Shown here: one piece after another, positions 1 to 8,263 of the stretch
Layout: every line of letters begins with the position of its first letter
Numbering within the stretch: position 1 is the stretch's first letter
Origin: a virus
Direction: 5' to 3' (one strand)
UHGV virus genome: UHGV-1551590
DNA: 10,283 nt
Translations under genes and position numbers: made by a program
Notes under the pieces: generated by a model
Told to the model about the DNA's origin: nothing
What the model saw: the letters and a program-made list of their open reading frames with translations, nothing else
Database searches by the model: none

Positions 1-242
1 TATGTCAGTAGATTATCCTTATAATGTTATTGGAGGGGTAAGTAGTTTTGCTTATTTTTTGGGAGGATGCATAAAAATAAAGCCACAATTTCAACAAGTG
101 TTATCATTAGGTAATGATAAATTAGTTTACATAAGCAAAGGAAAATCGGAGGGTATTATTTCCTGATTTTTGATTCTCATAATCAATGAATGTTTTTTGT
201 GAATATACTTATTTTAACCCTATAAATAATCAAGGTAATAAA

Positions 243-593
243 GTGCCTCCTCGTATCCCGAAAGCCTGCCGTGCTCGAGGTTGCCGTAATACCACCACAG
301 ACCCGTCAGGCTACTGCGAAAGCCACAAAAGCGAAGGCTGGAAGCAATACAAGCCAGGCCAGTCCCGACACCAGCGCGGTTATGGTGCGAAATGGGATGT
401 TATCCGTGAACGTGTGCTCAAGCGTGACAAAGGCCTGTGTCACTTGTGTTTGCGTGCCGGTGTGGTGCGCGAGGCGAAAACCGTTGACCACATCATCCCT
501 AAAGCACATGGCGGCACTGATGCCGACAGTAATCTGCAGAGTCTGTGCTGGCCGTGTCATAAGGCGAAGACGGCCCGTGAACGGTTGAAGTGA
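243..593 (+). CDS. Phage-associated HNH endonuclease (terminase-associated). Start uncertain: GTG at 243 preferred, in-frame ATG at 186 is the alternative.
   Basis: Translation contains a Cys-rich N-terminal motif (CRARGC...YCESH) and an HNH core (DHIIPKAHGGTDADSNLQSLCWPCHKAKT). It sits immediately upstream of the terminase small subunit, as in HK97-like phages. The ATG-186 N-terminus (MNVFCEYTYFNPINN) is AT-rich and low-complexity; GC content rises sharply at about 243, where an in-frame GTG follows AAGG at 232-235. Confidence 0.8.
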   Translation: MPPRIPKACRARGCRNTTTDPSGYCESHKSEGWKQYKPGQSRHQRGYGAKWDVIRERVLKRDKGLCHLCLRAGVVREAKTVDHIIPKAHGGTDADSNLQSLCWPCHKAKTARERLK

Positions 594-618
594 TAATGAT
601 TCTCAACTTCCTGAGGGG

Positions 619-680
619 AGGGGCGGGTCAAATCCCTGTGACCTGACGTCTTCCGGACTGCCCGCCCCGTCGTTTTTTTA
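619..680 (+). terminator. GC-rich inverted repeat followed by a T7 run; rho-independent terminator-like, or part of the cos region
   Basis: GGGGCGGG at about 620-627 pairs with CCCGCCCC at 661-668 (about 33 nt between them), followed by GTCGTTTTTTTA at 669-680. Lies in the HNH to terminase-small intergenic gap. Confidence 0.4.
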
Positions 681-718
681 TACCCGCGAAAAATGAAATT
701 TAACCAGGAGTGCCGCAT

Positions 719-1204
719 ATGGCTGGAACGGCGGGGCGTTCCGGGCGTCGCCCCAAGCCAACGGCGCGCAAGGCGCTGGCCGGAAACCCCGGCAAGCGAG
801 CCCTGAACAAAGATGAACCTGTTTTTACGCCCATCAAAGGTGTTGAGCCACCGGAGTGGTTCGCAGAAGAAGATCTCCCTCTCGCCACGATCATGTGGCA
901 ACTGACAACCAAAGAACTCTGCGGTCAGGGCCTGCTGTGCGTGACTGACCTGGCGGTACTTGAGCGGTGGTGTGTGGCCTATGAGTTCTGGCGACGTGCC
1001 GTGAAAAATATTGCCAGACAGGGTAACACCATCACCGGTGCAATGGGTGGCATGGTCAAAAATCCGGAGCTGACCGCCAAGAAAGAACAGGAGTCCGAGA
1101 TGAGCAGCACGGGGGCAATGCTCGGACTCGACCCCAGCAGCCGCCAGCGTCTGATTGGCCTGGCGGGGAAGAAGAAAGCCACTAACCCGTTTCTGACAAT
1201 CTGA
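719..1204 (+). CDS. Terminase small subunit, P27 family
   Basis: N-terminus [30 protein letters not shown] matches the remembered P27-family signature. AGGAG at 705-709 precedes the ATG at 719 (the track's ORF opens at GTG 710). Directly upstream of the large terminase gene. Confidence 0.85.
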   Translation: MAGTAGRSGRRPKPTARKALAGNPGKRALNKDEPVFTPIKGVEPPEWFAEEDLPLATIMWQLTTKELCGQGLLCVTDLAVLERWCVAYEFWRRAVKNIARQGNTITGAMGGMVKNPELTAKKEQESEMSSTGAMLGLDPSSRQRLIGLAGKKKATNPFLTI

Positions 1205-1217
1205 AAATCATCGAATC

Positions 1218-2951
1218 ATGAGCCGGAAATCTTACCCCAACGTAAATGCTGCCAATCAGTATGCCCGGGATGTCGTGCGCGGAAAGATTGTGGCCTGCCA
1301 GTTTGTGATTCAGGCCTGCCAGCGCCATCTTGATGACCTGATGGCGGAAAAAAGTAAGTCGTTTCGTTACCGCTTCGACAAGGACCTGGCTGAACGGGCC
1401 GCCAAATTTATTCAGCTGTTGCCGCACACCAAGGGTGAGTGGGCATTTAAGAGGATGCCCATCACGCTGGAGCCGTGGCGGCTCTTTGTGATCTGCTGCG
1501 CGTTTGGCTGGGTCAATAAAGGCTCCCGGCTGCGCCGCTTCCGTGAGGTGTATACCGAAATCCCCCGTAAGAACGGCAAATCGGCAATCTGTGCCGGTGT
1601 CGCCCTGTATTGTTTTGCCTGTGATAACGAGTTTGGCGCGGAAGTGTATTCTGGTGCTACGACAGAGAAACAGGCGTGGGAAGTCTTTCGCCCGGCGCGA
1701 CTGATGTGTAAACGCACACCCATGCTGACGGAAGCGTTCGGGATTGAGGTTAACGCCTCAAACATGAACCGTCCGGAGGATGGCGCGCGGTTTGAACCGC
1801 TGATCGGTAACCCCGGTGATGGATCATCACCCCACTGTGCGGTGGTGGATGAATATCACGAGCACGCCACCGATGCGCTTTACACCACGATGCTTACCGG
1901 GATGGGGGCGCGACGTCAGCCACTGATGTGGGCCATTACTACTGCCGGGTACAACATTGAGGGGCCGTGCTACGACAAGCGGCGGGAAGTCATCGAGATG
2001 CTCAACGGCTCGGTGCCCAACGATGAACTGTTCGGGATCATCTATACCGTTGATGAAGGTGATGACTGGACCGACCCGCAGGTGCTGGAAAAAGCTAACC
2101 CGAATATTGGCGTGTCGGTTTATCGCGAATTTTTGTTAAGTCAGCAGCAGCGTGCGAAAAATAACGCCCGTCTGGCAAACGTCTTTAAAACAAAACACCT
2201 CAATATCTGGGTGTCGGCGCGTTCGGCGTATTTCAACCTGGTGAGCTGGCAGAGCTGCGAGGATAAATCACTGACCCTTGAGCAGTTCGAGGGGCAACCG
2301 TGCATTCTGGCCTTTGACCTGGCGCGTAAGCTGGATATGAACAGCATGGCGCGACTTTATACCCGCGAGATTGACGGTAAAACGCATTACTACAGTGTGG
2401 CTCCGCGCTTCTGGGTACCGTATGACACGGTGTACAGCGTCGAGAAAAATGAAGATCGCCGGACAGCCGAACGCTTTCAGAAATGGGTGGAAATGGGCGT
2501 TCTGACCGTTACCGATGGTGCGGAGGTGGATTATCGCTACATCCTCGAGGAGGCCAAAGCGGCGAACAAAATCAGCCCGGTCAGTGAGTCACCCATCGAC
2601 CCCTTCGGGGCGACCGGGTTGTCACATGACCTTGCTGATGAAGACCTGAATCCCGTCACTATCATTCAGAACTACACCAACATGTCCGACCCGATGAAAG
2701 AGCTGGAAGCGGCAATTGAATCGGGGCGCTTTCATCATGATGGCAATCCCATCATGACCTGGTGTATCGGCAACGTGGTCGGCAAAACCATTCCGGGTAA
2801 CGATGATGTGGTGAAGCCCGTCAAAGAGCAGGCGGAAAACAAAATCGATGGTGCAGTTGCGCTGATTATGGCGGTTGGCAGAGCCATGCTGTACGAGAAA
2901 GAAGACACGCTGTCTGACCACATTGAGTCCTATGGGATCCGCTCGCTTTAA
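1218..2951 (+). CDS. Terminase large subunit (ATPase/nuclease)
   Basis: 577-aa ORF immediately after the small subunit gene. Size and position are typical of HK97-like large terminases, and no long ORF competes with it. Confidence 0.9.
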
Positions 2952-2962
2952 CTGAGGTAATT

Positions 2963-3145
2963 ATGATCATGCTGATTCTCGCGCCTCTGGTGGGCGTGCT
3001 GGGGGCGCTTTTGCTGGCGTATGGTGCCTGGCTGATTTATCCCCCGGCGGGGTTTGTTGTTGCCGGGGCGTTGTGCCTGTTCTGGTCGTGGCTGGTGGCG
3101 CGATATCTCGACCGTACACAGTCGTCTGTCGGCGGAGGTAAATAG
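2963..3145 (+). CDS. Small hypothetical membrane protein (60 aa, two predicted transmembrane helices)
   Basis: GAGG at 2954-2957 precedes the ATG at 2963. Two hydrophobic segments ([24 protein letters not shown] and [17 protein letters not shown]) flank a PPAG turn. Stop TAG 3143-3145 overlaps the portal GTG start at 3145. GC content matches its neighbours. Confidence 0.55.
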
Positions 3146-4386
3146 TGTTCTTTTCGGGATTATTTCAACGAAAAAGTGACGCACCGGTGACCACGCCAGC
3201 AGAGCTGGCGGATGCTATCGGGTTGTCCTACGACACCTATACCGGAAAGCAGATCAGCAGCCAGCGGGCCATGCGACTGACGGCGGTTTTTTCCTGTGTC
3301 AGGGTGCTGGCGGAGTCGGTCGGGATGTTGCCCTGCAACCTGTATCACCTGAACGGCAGTCTGAAGCAGAGAGCCGCTGGCGAACGTCTGCATAAGCTGA
3401 TCTCCACGCATCCCAATGGCTATATGACGCCGCAGGAGTTCTGGGAGCTGGTGGTCACCTGTCTGTGCCTGCGGGGAAACTTTTACGCCTACAAAGTGAA
3501 AGCATTTGGCGAAGTGGCTGAACTGCTGCCCGTCGATCCCGGCTGTGTGGTACCGAAGCTTAACAGTAGCTGGGAGCCGGTCTATCAGGTCACATTCCCG
3601 GATGGCTCCACGGATGTACTGAGCCAGGAGGATATCTGGCATGTGCGCACGCTGACGCTGGACGGACTGGTGGGGCTGAATCCCATCGCCTATGCCCGCG
3701 AGGCAATATCGCTGGCGGCAGCGACCGAAGAGCACGGGGCCAGACTGTTCAGCAATGGCGCGGTGACGTCGGGTGTGTTGCGTACAGAGCAGACGCTGTC
3801 AGATCAGGCTTATGAGCGCCTGAAGAAAGATTTTGAGGAGCGTCACACCGGGCTTGGCAATGCTCACCGCCCGATGATCCTTGAGATGGGGCTGGACTGG
3901 AAGTCGATGGCGCTGAACGCCGAGGACAGCCAGTTCCTGGAAACCCGCAAGTTTCAGCTTGAAGAAATCTGTCGTCTGTTCCGGGTGCCGTTGCACATGG
4001 TGCAGAACACCGATCGCGCCACCTTCAACAATATCGAAGAGCTGGGGCTGGGATTTATCAACTATTCACTGGTGCCGTATCTGACCCGCATCGAACAGCG
4101 GATCAACACCGGACTGGTACGAAAAAGTAAGCAGGGCGTTTATTACGCCAAATTTAACGCCGGGGCGTTACTGCGCGGGGATATGAAGTCCCGTTTTGAA
4201 GCCTACGCCACCGGGATCAACTGGGGAATTTACTCTCCCAATGACTGCCGCGACCTGGAAGATATGAATCCGCGTTCCGGTGGTGATGTCTATCTCACAC
4301 CGATGAACATGACCACGAAACCCTCCGATGGCAGTAAAGCCGGTAAGCAGAAGGATAACGCCAATGCAGACGAAACAACGTCTTGA
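3145..4386 (+). CDS. Portal protein, HK97 family
   Basis: 413-aa ORF downstream of the large terminase. GTG start at 3145 follows GGAGG at 3134-3138. Size and conserved position are typical of HK97-family portals. Confidence 0.9.
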   Translation: MFFSGLFQRKSDAPVTTPAELADAIGLSYDTYTGKQISSQRAMRLTAVFSCVRVLAESVGMLPCNLYHLNGSLKQRAAGERLHKLISTHPNGYMTPQEFWELVVTCLCLRGNFYAYKVKAFGEVAELLPVDPGCVVPKLNSSWEPVYQVTFPDGSTDVLSQEDIWHVRTLTLDGLVGLNPIAYAREAISLAAATEEHGARLFSNGAVTSGVLRTEQTLSDQAYERLKKDFEERHTGLGNAHRPMILEMGLDWKSMALNAEDSQFLETRKFQLEEICRLFRVPLHMVQNTDRATFNNIEELGLGFINYSLVPYLTRIEQRINTGLVRKSKQGVYYAKFNAGALLRGDMKSRFEAYATGINWGIYSPNDCRDLEDMNPRSGGDVYLTPMNMTTKPSDGSKAGKQKDNANADETTS

Positions 4387-5014
4387 TGTACCGCTGAGTC
4401 TGAAATCTGTCAGTGACTCCGGTGAGTTTGAAGGGTATGGCTCCGTCTTTGGTGTAAAGGACAGCCACGATGATGTGGTGATGTCAGGGGCATTTGCCGC
4501 TTCCCTGCGGGCGTGGAGTGACAGAAAAGCGTTACCTGCGCTGCTCTGGCAGCACCGCATGGATGAACCCATCGGTGTTTACACCGAAATGAAGGAAGAC
4601 GATGTCGGGCTTTACGTCAGGGGACGGTTGCTTATTGATGATGATCCCCTCGCAAAACGCGCACATGCACACATGAAGGCCGGTTCGTTAACCGGCCTTT
4701 CTATTGGGTACGTCCTGAAAGACTGGGAATACGACCGGAGCAAAGAAGCCTTTCTGCTGAAAGAAATCGACCTCTGGGAAGTCAGCCTGGTGACGTTCCC
4801 GTCTAACGACGAGGCGCGGATCAGCGACGTCAAGAACGCACTGGCCCGCGGGGAAATCCCCGAACAGAAAAAAATCGAAAGAGTCCTGCGTGATGTCGGA
4901 CTCTCCCGTACCCAGGCCAAAGCATTCATGGCCGGGGGCTATGGCGCACTGTCCCTGCGCGACGCTGAGGATGTGGGCTCTGCACTGAATGCACTGAAAA
5001 ATCTGAACTTCTAA
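4364..5014 (+). CDS. Prohead maturation protease, HK97 family
   Basis: Contains the motif GYGSVFGVKDSHDDVVMSGAF typical of HK97 prohead proteases. Lies between portal and capsid genes. Preferred start is ATG 4364 with AAGGA at 4351-4355; the track's ORF opens at 4328 and overlaps the portal 3' end. Confidence 0.85.
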   Translation: MQTKQRLDVPLSLKSVSDSGEFEGYGSVFGVKDSHDDVVMSGAFAASLRAWSDRKALPALLWQHRMDEPIGVYTEMKEDDVGLYVRGRLLIDDDPLAKRAHAHMKAGSLTGLSIGYVLKDWEYDRSKEAFLLKEIDLWEVSLVTFPSNDEARISDVKNALARGEIPEQKKIERVLRDVGLSRTQAKAFMAGGYGALSLRDAEDVGSALNALKNLNF

Positions 5015-5028
5015 TCAGGAGAAATACG

Positions 5029-6234
5029 ATGGCGGTTGATATTAAAGATGTCGAACAGGTCGCGCAGGAGCTGCAGCAGAAGTTTGACGACTTCAAAGCA
5101 AAGAACGACAAGCGCGTTGAGGCGATTGAGCAGGAAAAAGGCAAACTTGCCGGGCAGGTGGAAACCCTGAACGGAAAACTCAGCGAGCTGGAAAATCTCA
5201 AAAGCGACCTTGAAAAAGAGCTGCTTGAGCTGAAACGTCCGGCAGGTGGAGCGCAAAATAAACTGGCCACCGAGCATAAAGAGGCGTTTGTGGGCTTCCT
5301 GCGTAAAGGCCGTGAAGACGGTCTGCGCGATCTGGAGCGTAAGGCATTGCAGGTGGGCACCGATGAAGACGGTGGCTACGCCGTGCCGGAAGAACTGGAT
5401 CGCAACATTCTTAACCTGCTGAAAGATGAAGTGGTGATGCGTCAGGAAGCCACGGTGATCACCGTTGGCGGTTCCGACTACAAAAAACTGGTGAATCTGG
5501 GCGGTACGGCTTCCGGATGGGTGGGGGAAACGGATACGCGATCCCAGACTGCCACCTCCAGACTGGAGCTGATTGAACCTCTCATGGGGGAAATCTACGG
5601 CAACCCGCAGGCTACCCAGAAAATGCTGGACGATGCCTTCTTCAACGTGGAGGCCTGGATCAACAGCGAGCTGGCAACCGAATTTGCCGAACAGGAAGAA
5701 ATTGCCTTTACCTCCGGCGATGGCACCAAGAAGCCGAAAGGGTTCCTGGCGTATGAGTCCACTGATGAAACCGATAAGGTCCGGGCGTTCGGCAAACTTC
5801 AGCATATTGTATCCGGCGACGCGACTGCGGTGACCGCAGACGCCATTATCAAACTGATTTACACGCTGCGAAAGGCACACCGCACTGGCGCGAAGTTCAT
5901 GATGAACAACAACAGCCTGTTTGCCATCCGTCTGCTGAAAGACACCGAGGGTAACTATCTGTGGCGTCCTGGGCTGGAACTGGGGCAGCCGTCCTCTCTG
6001 GCGGGTTACGGTATCGCTGAAAACGAACAGATGCCGGATATCGCCGCTGATGCGAAAGCCATTGCATTTGGTAACTTCAAACGGGGTTACACCATCGTTG
6101 ACCGTATCGGCACCCGCATTCTGCGTGACCCGTACACCAATAAACCGTTTGTCGGTTTTTATACCACCAAGCGCACCGGCGGGATGCTGGTCGATTCGCA
6201 GGCCATCAAACTGCTGAAGATTGCAGCGGCGTAA
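5029..6234 (+). CDS. Major capsid protein, HK97 family, with N-terminal coiled-coil scaffold-like (delta) domain
   Basis: 401-aa ORF with AGGAG at 5017-5021. The N-terminal roughly 100 residues are charged and heptad-like (EQVAQELQQKFDDFKAKNDKRVEAIEQEKGKLAGQVETLNGKLSELENLKSDLEKELLELK), followed by a capsid-sized body. Directly follows the protease gene. Confidence 0.9.
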   Translation: MAVDIKDVEQVAQELQQKFDDFKAKNDKRVEAIEQEKGKLAGQVETLNGKLSELENLKSDLEKELLELKRPAGGAQNKLATEHKEAFVGFLRKGREDGLRDLERKALQVGTDEDGGYAVPEELDRNILNLLKDEVVMRQEATVITVGGSDYKKLVNLGGTASGWVGETDTRSQTATSRLELIEPLMGEIYGNPQATQKMLDDAFFNVEAWINSELATEFAEQEEIAFTSGDGTKKPKGFLAYESTDETDKVRAFGKLQHIVSGDATAVTADAIIKLIYTLRKAHRTGAKFMMNNNSLFAIRLLKDTEGNYLWRPGLELGQPSSLAGYGIAENEQMPDIAADAKAIAFGNFKRGYTIVDRIGTRILRDPYTNKPFVGFYTTKRTGGMLVDSQAIKLLKIAAA

Positions 6235-6241
6235 TCATTCA

Positions 6242-6270
6242 GGGGCGCGGAACCGCGCCCCCTGTTCTGA
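6242..6270 (+). terminator. GC hairpin just after the capsid stop; possible partial terminator or attenuator
   Basis: GGGGCGCGG (6242-6250) and CCGCGCCCC (6253-6261) form a perfect inverted repeat, followed by CTGTTCTGA. The U tract is weak. Confidence 0.35.
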
Positions 6271-6283
6271 CGGGTGAAGAATC

Positions 6284-6484
6284 ATGATCCTGAAACAAGA
6301 TCTGAAATGGTCACCGGACGGTATGCGTGTTGAGGTCATTCGGGCCGGTGAGTATGACGACGGGACGCTTCCTGCCCGGGTGCAGGAGATTGCACTTCAG
6401 GCCGGGTTAGCAGAGCGCGGAACCAGTACAAAAAGCAGTAAAGCAGCAAAAGAGAAAAAAGCCACGACCAGTAAAGAGGGCTGA
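6284..6484 (+). CDS. Hypothetical small protein (66 aa) with Lys/Ser/Thr-rich C-terminal tail
   Basis: ATG 6284 with a weak purine-rich upstream (GTGAAGA). Fills the gap between the capsid and connector genes without overlap. C-terminus TSTKSSKAAKEKKATTSKEG is low-complexity and basic. Confidence 0.5.
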   Translation: MILKQDLKWSPDGMRVEVIRAGEYDDGTLPARVQEIALQAGLAERGTSTKSSKAAKEKKATTSKEG

Positions 6485-6486
6485 GT

Positions 6487-6810
6487 ATGCTTCTGACAAT
6501 GGAAGAGATTAAAGCCCAACTCCGGCTGGATGAGGATTTCGATGCTGATGACCGCCATCTGCAACTGCTGGCCTGTGCGGCGCAAAAGCGGACGGAAACG
6601 TATCTGAACCGGAAGCTCTATGCACCGGATGAAACCATTCCGGACAGCGATCCGGACGGGCTGCACCTGTCGGATGATATTCGTCTGGGGATGCTGATGC
6701 TTATCAGCCATTTTTACGAAAACCGCTCGTCGGTTACGGAAGTGGAGAAACTCGACATGCCGCAGAGTTTTGGCTGGCTTGTCGGCCCGTACAGGTACTT
6801 TCCGCAATGA
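6487..6810 (+). CDS. Head-tail connector protein (gp6-like / DNA-packaging family)
   Basis: N-terminal MLLTMEEIKAQLRLDEDFDADD resembles gp6-like connector proteins. 107 aa, AAGAGGG upstream, positioned right after the capsid region. Confidence 0.8.
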   Translation: MLLTMEEIKAQLRLDEDFDADDRHLQLLACAAQKRTETYLNRKLYAPDETIPDSDPDGLHLSDDIRLGMLMLISHFYENRSSVTEVEKLDMPQSFGWLVGPYRYFPQ

Positions 6811-7217
6811 AAATTCGTCAGGCGCAGACCAGCGCAACCTACATTCTGCCGGACCCCGGTGAACTGAATAAACGCGTCCTGATCCGCCAGCGGGTGGATA
6901 TGCCCGCGGATAACTTTGGCGTGGAGTCTCAATACCCGGTTACGTTCCGGACATGGGCGAAGGTTATCCAGACCAGTGCCACCACCTGGCAGGAAACCGC
7001 GCAGACCGGGGACGCCATCACCCATTACATCACCATTCGCTACCGCCGGGGGATCACTGCTGATTATGAGGTGGTCTGTGATGACAGTGTGTACCGGGTG
7101 AAACGTCAGCGCGATCTGAACGGGGCGCGGCGCTTTCTGCTGCTGGAGTGTACGGAACTGGGCGAATGTAGGCAGAGTCACGGAGGCAGCAATGGCGACT
7201 CCCTTTTTTCACGTTGA
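6807..7217 (+). CDS. Head closure / head-tail joining protein (SPP1 gp16-like family)
   Basis: 136-aa ORF whose ATG overlaps the upstream stop (ATGA at 6807-6810). Size and position after the gp6-like gene fit the family. Confidence 0.75.
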   Translation: MKIRQAQTSATYILPDPGELNKRVLIRQRVDMPADNFGVESQYPVTFRTWAKVIQTSATTWQETAQTGDAITHYITIRYRRGITADYEVVCDDSVYRVKRQRDLNGARRFLLLECTELGECRQSHGGSNGDSLFSR

Positions 7218-7698
7218 TGTTCAGCAGCCCGCGGAGATGCGCTTTAACCGTGCCCGTGTCCGGCGGGCGTTTGTCACGATTGGGCAGCGTCATATGCGTG
7301 ATGCCCGTCGGCTGGTGATGCGCCGTGCGCGGTCGGCACCGGGTGAAAACCCCGGTTATCAGACCGGACGCCTGGCTCGTTCGATTGGTTACATGGTGCC
7401 GAGAGCCAGTAAAAAGCGAACCGGTTTTATGACACGCATTGCCCCTAACCAGCGCAACGGGAAGGGGAACCGGATGATCTCTGGTGACTTCTATCCGGCG
7501 TTTCTGTTTTTTGGTGTCCGGGGAGGAGCAAAGCGTCGTCGCAGCCATCATCGTGGTGCATCCGGTGGCAGCGGCTGGCGACTGGCTCCACGTAATAACT
7601 TTATGGTGGAAACGCTTGAAAAGAACCGCAGCTGGACACGCTATTTTCTGGCGCGGGAATTGCGTAAATCACTGAAGCCGGAGCGACGATACAGATGA
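7192..7698 (+). CDS. HK97 gp10-like neck / tail-attachment protein
   Basis: 168-aa basic protein with GGAGG at 7182-7186 before ATG 7192. Sits at the conserved position after the head closure gene. Its start overlaps the 3' end of the head closure gene by 26 nt. Confidence 0.7.
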   Translation: MATPFFHVDVQQPAEMRFNRARVRRAFVTIGQRHMRDARRLVMRRARSAPGENPGYQTGRLARSIGYMVPRASKKRTGFMTRIAPNQRNGKGNRMISGDFYPAFLFFGVRGGAKRRRSHHRGASGGSGWRLAPRNNFMVETLEKNRSWTRYFLARELRKSLKPERRYR

Positions 7699-8255
7699 AA
7701 CTGACGCCTGTTATTGCTGCACTGCGTGCCCGCTGTCCGTATTTTGAAAACCGGGTTGCAGGCGCGGCCCAGTTCAAAAATCTGCCGGAGGTCGGAAAGC
7801 TGAAACTCCCGGCGGCATATGTTGTACCGGGTGATGATTCTCCGGGAGAAAACAAAAGCCAGACCGACTACTGGCAGGAGCTGAAAGAGGGTTTCTCCGT
7901 GGTTGTCATACTGAGTAACGGGCGTGATGAGCGCGGTCAGTTTGCCTCGTATGATGTGGTGGACGATGTCCGGCAGATGCTCTTTAAGGCTCTGCTGGGC
8001 TGGAACCCGGAGGCGTGCGGTAACCCGATTACCTATGACGGCGGCACGCTGCTGGATCTGAATCGTCATGAGCTGATTTATCAGTTCGATTTTTCGGTCA
8101 TCAGCGAGCTGACTGAAGACGATACCCGCCAGCAGGATGATCTGAACAGTCTGGATGAACTGCAAACGCTGGCGATTGATGTTGATTATCTCGAGCCCGG
8201 TAACGGGCCTGACGACGATATCGAACATCACACCGAAATAACCCTTCCTTCCTGA
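7695..8255 (+). CDS. Mu gp37-like tail protein (putative tail terminator or completion protein)
   Basis: 186-aa acidic ORF whose ATG overlaps the upstream stop (ATGA at 7695-7698). Located just upstream of the small gp38-like ORF and the sheath gene, as in Mu-like tail modules. The functional assignment is by position only. Confidence 0.65.
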   Translation: MKLTPVIAALRARCPYFENRVAGAAQFKNLPEVGKLKLPAAYVVPGDDSPGENKSQTDYWQELKEGFSVVVILSNGRDERGQFASYDVVDDVRQMLFKALLGWNPEACGNPITYDGGTLLDLNRHELIYQFDFSVISELTEDDTRQQDDLNSLDELQTLAIDVDYLEPGNGPDDDIEHHTEITLPS

Positions 8256-8263
8256 GGATCCTC

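Noticed and set aside
20-25. Perfect TATAAT hexamer that could be a -10 promoter element
   Set aside because: No convincing -35 at proper spacing lies within the window, and AT-rich DNA yields such hexamers by chance. Mentioned only as context in the leader finding.
62-112. Short ORF starting at ATG 68 (about 15 codons) in the AT-rich leader
   Set aside because: Too short, and the GGGAGGA motif abuts the ATG with no spacer. Cannot be supported as a gene.
271-588. Alternate-frame plus-strand ORF (105 aa) and minus-strand ORF (306-560) overlapping the HNH gene
   Set aside because: The HNH frame carries recognisable motifs; these alternate frames give low-complexity Cys/Arg/Val-rich sequence.
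1182-1765. Minus-strand ORFs of 81 and 117 aa, and plus-strand alternate-frame ORFs (1504-1704, 1957-2139) within the large terminase
   Set aside because: All are nested in or antisense to the 577-aa terminase ORF, with no start signals; the translations are Arg/Ser/Cys-rich, typical of off-frame GC-rich sequence.
3160-3735. Minus-strand ORF (191 aa) inside the portal gene
   Set aside because: Antisense to the portal coding sequence; a shadow ORF.
5011-5880. Long minus-strand ORF (289 aa) antisense to the capsid and protease genes
   Set aside because: It lies entirely within the well-supported HK97-type capsid gene on the other strand. The translation is low-complexity with no RBS context, the usual antisense shadow of a GC-rich gene.
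7641-8231. Minus-strand ORF (196 aa) antisense to the gp37-like tail gene
   Set aside because: Completely overlapped by a plus-strand gene that fits the operon's synteny and coupling. No independent support.
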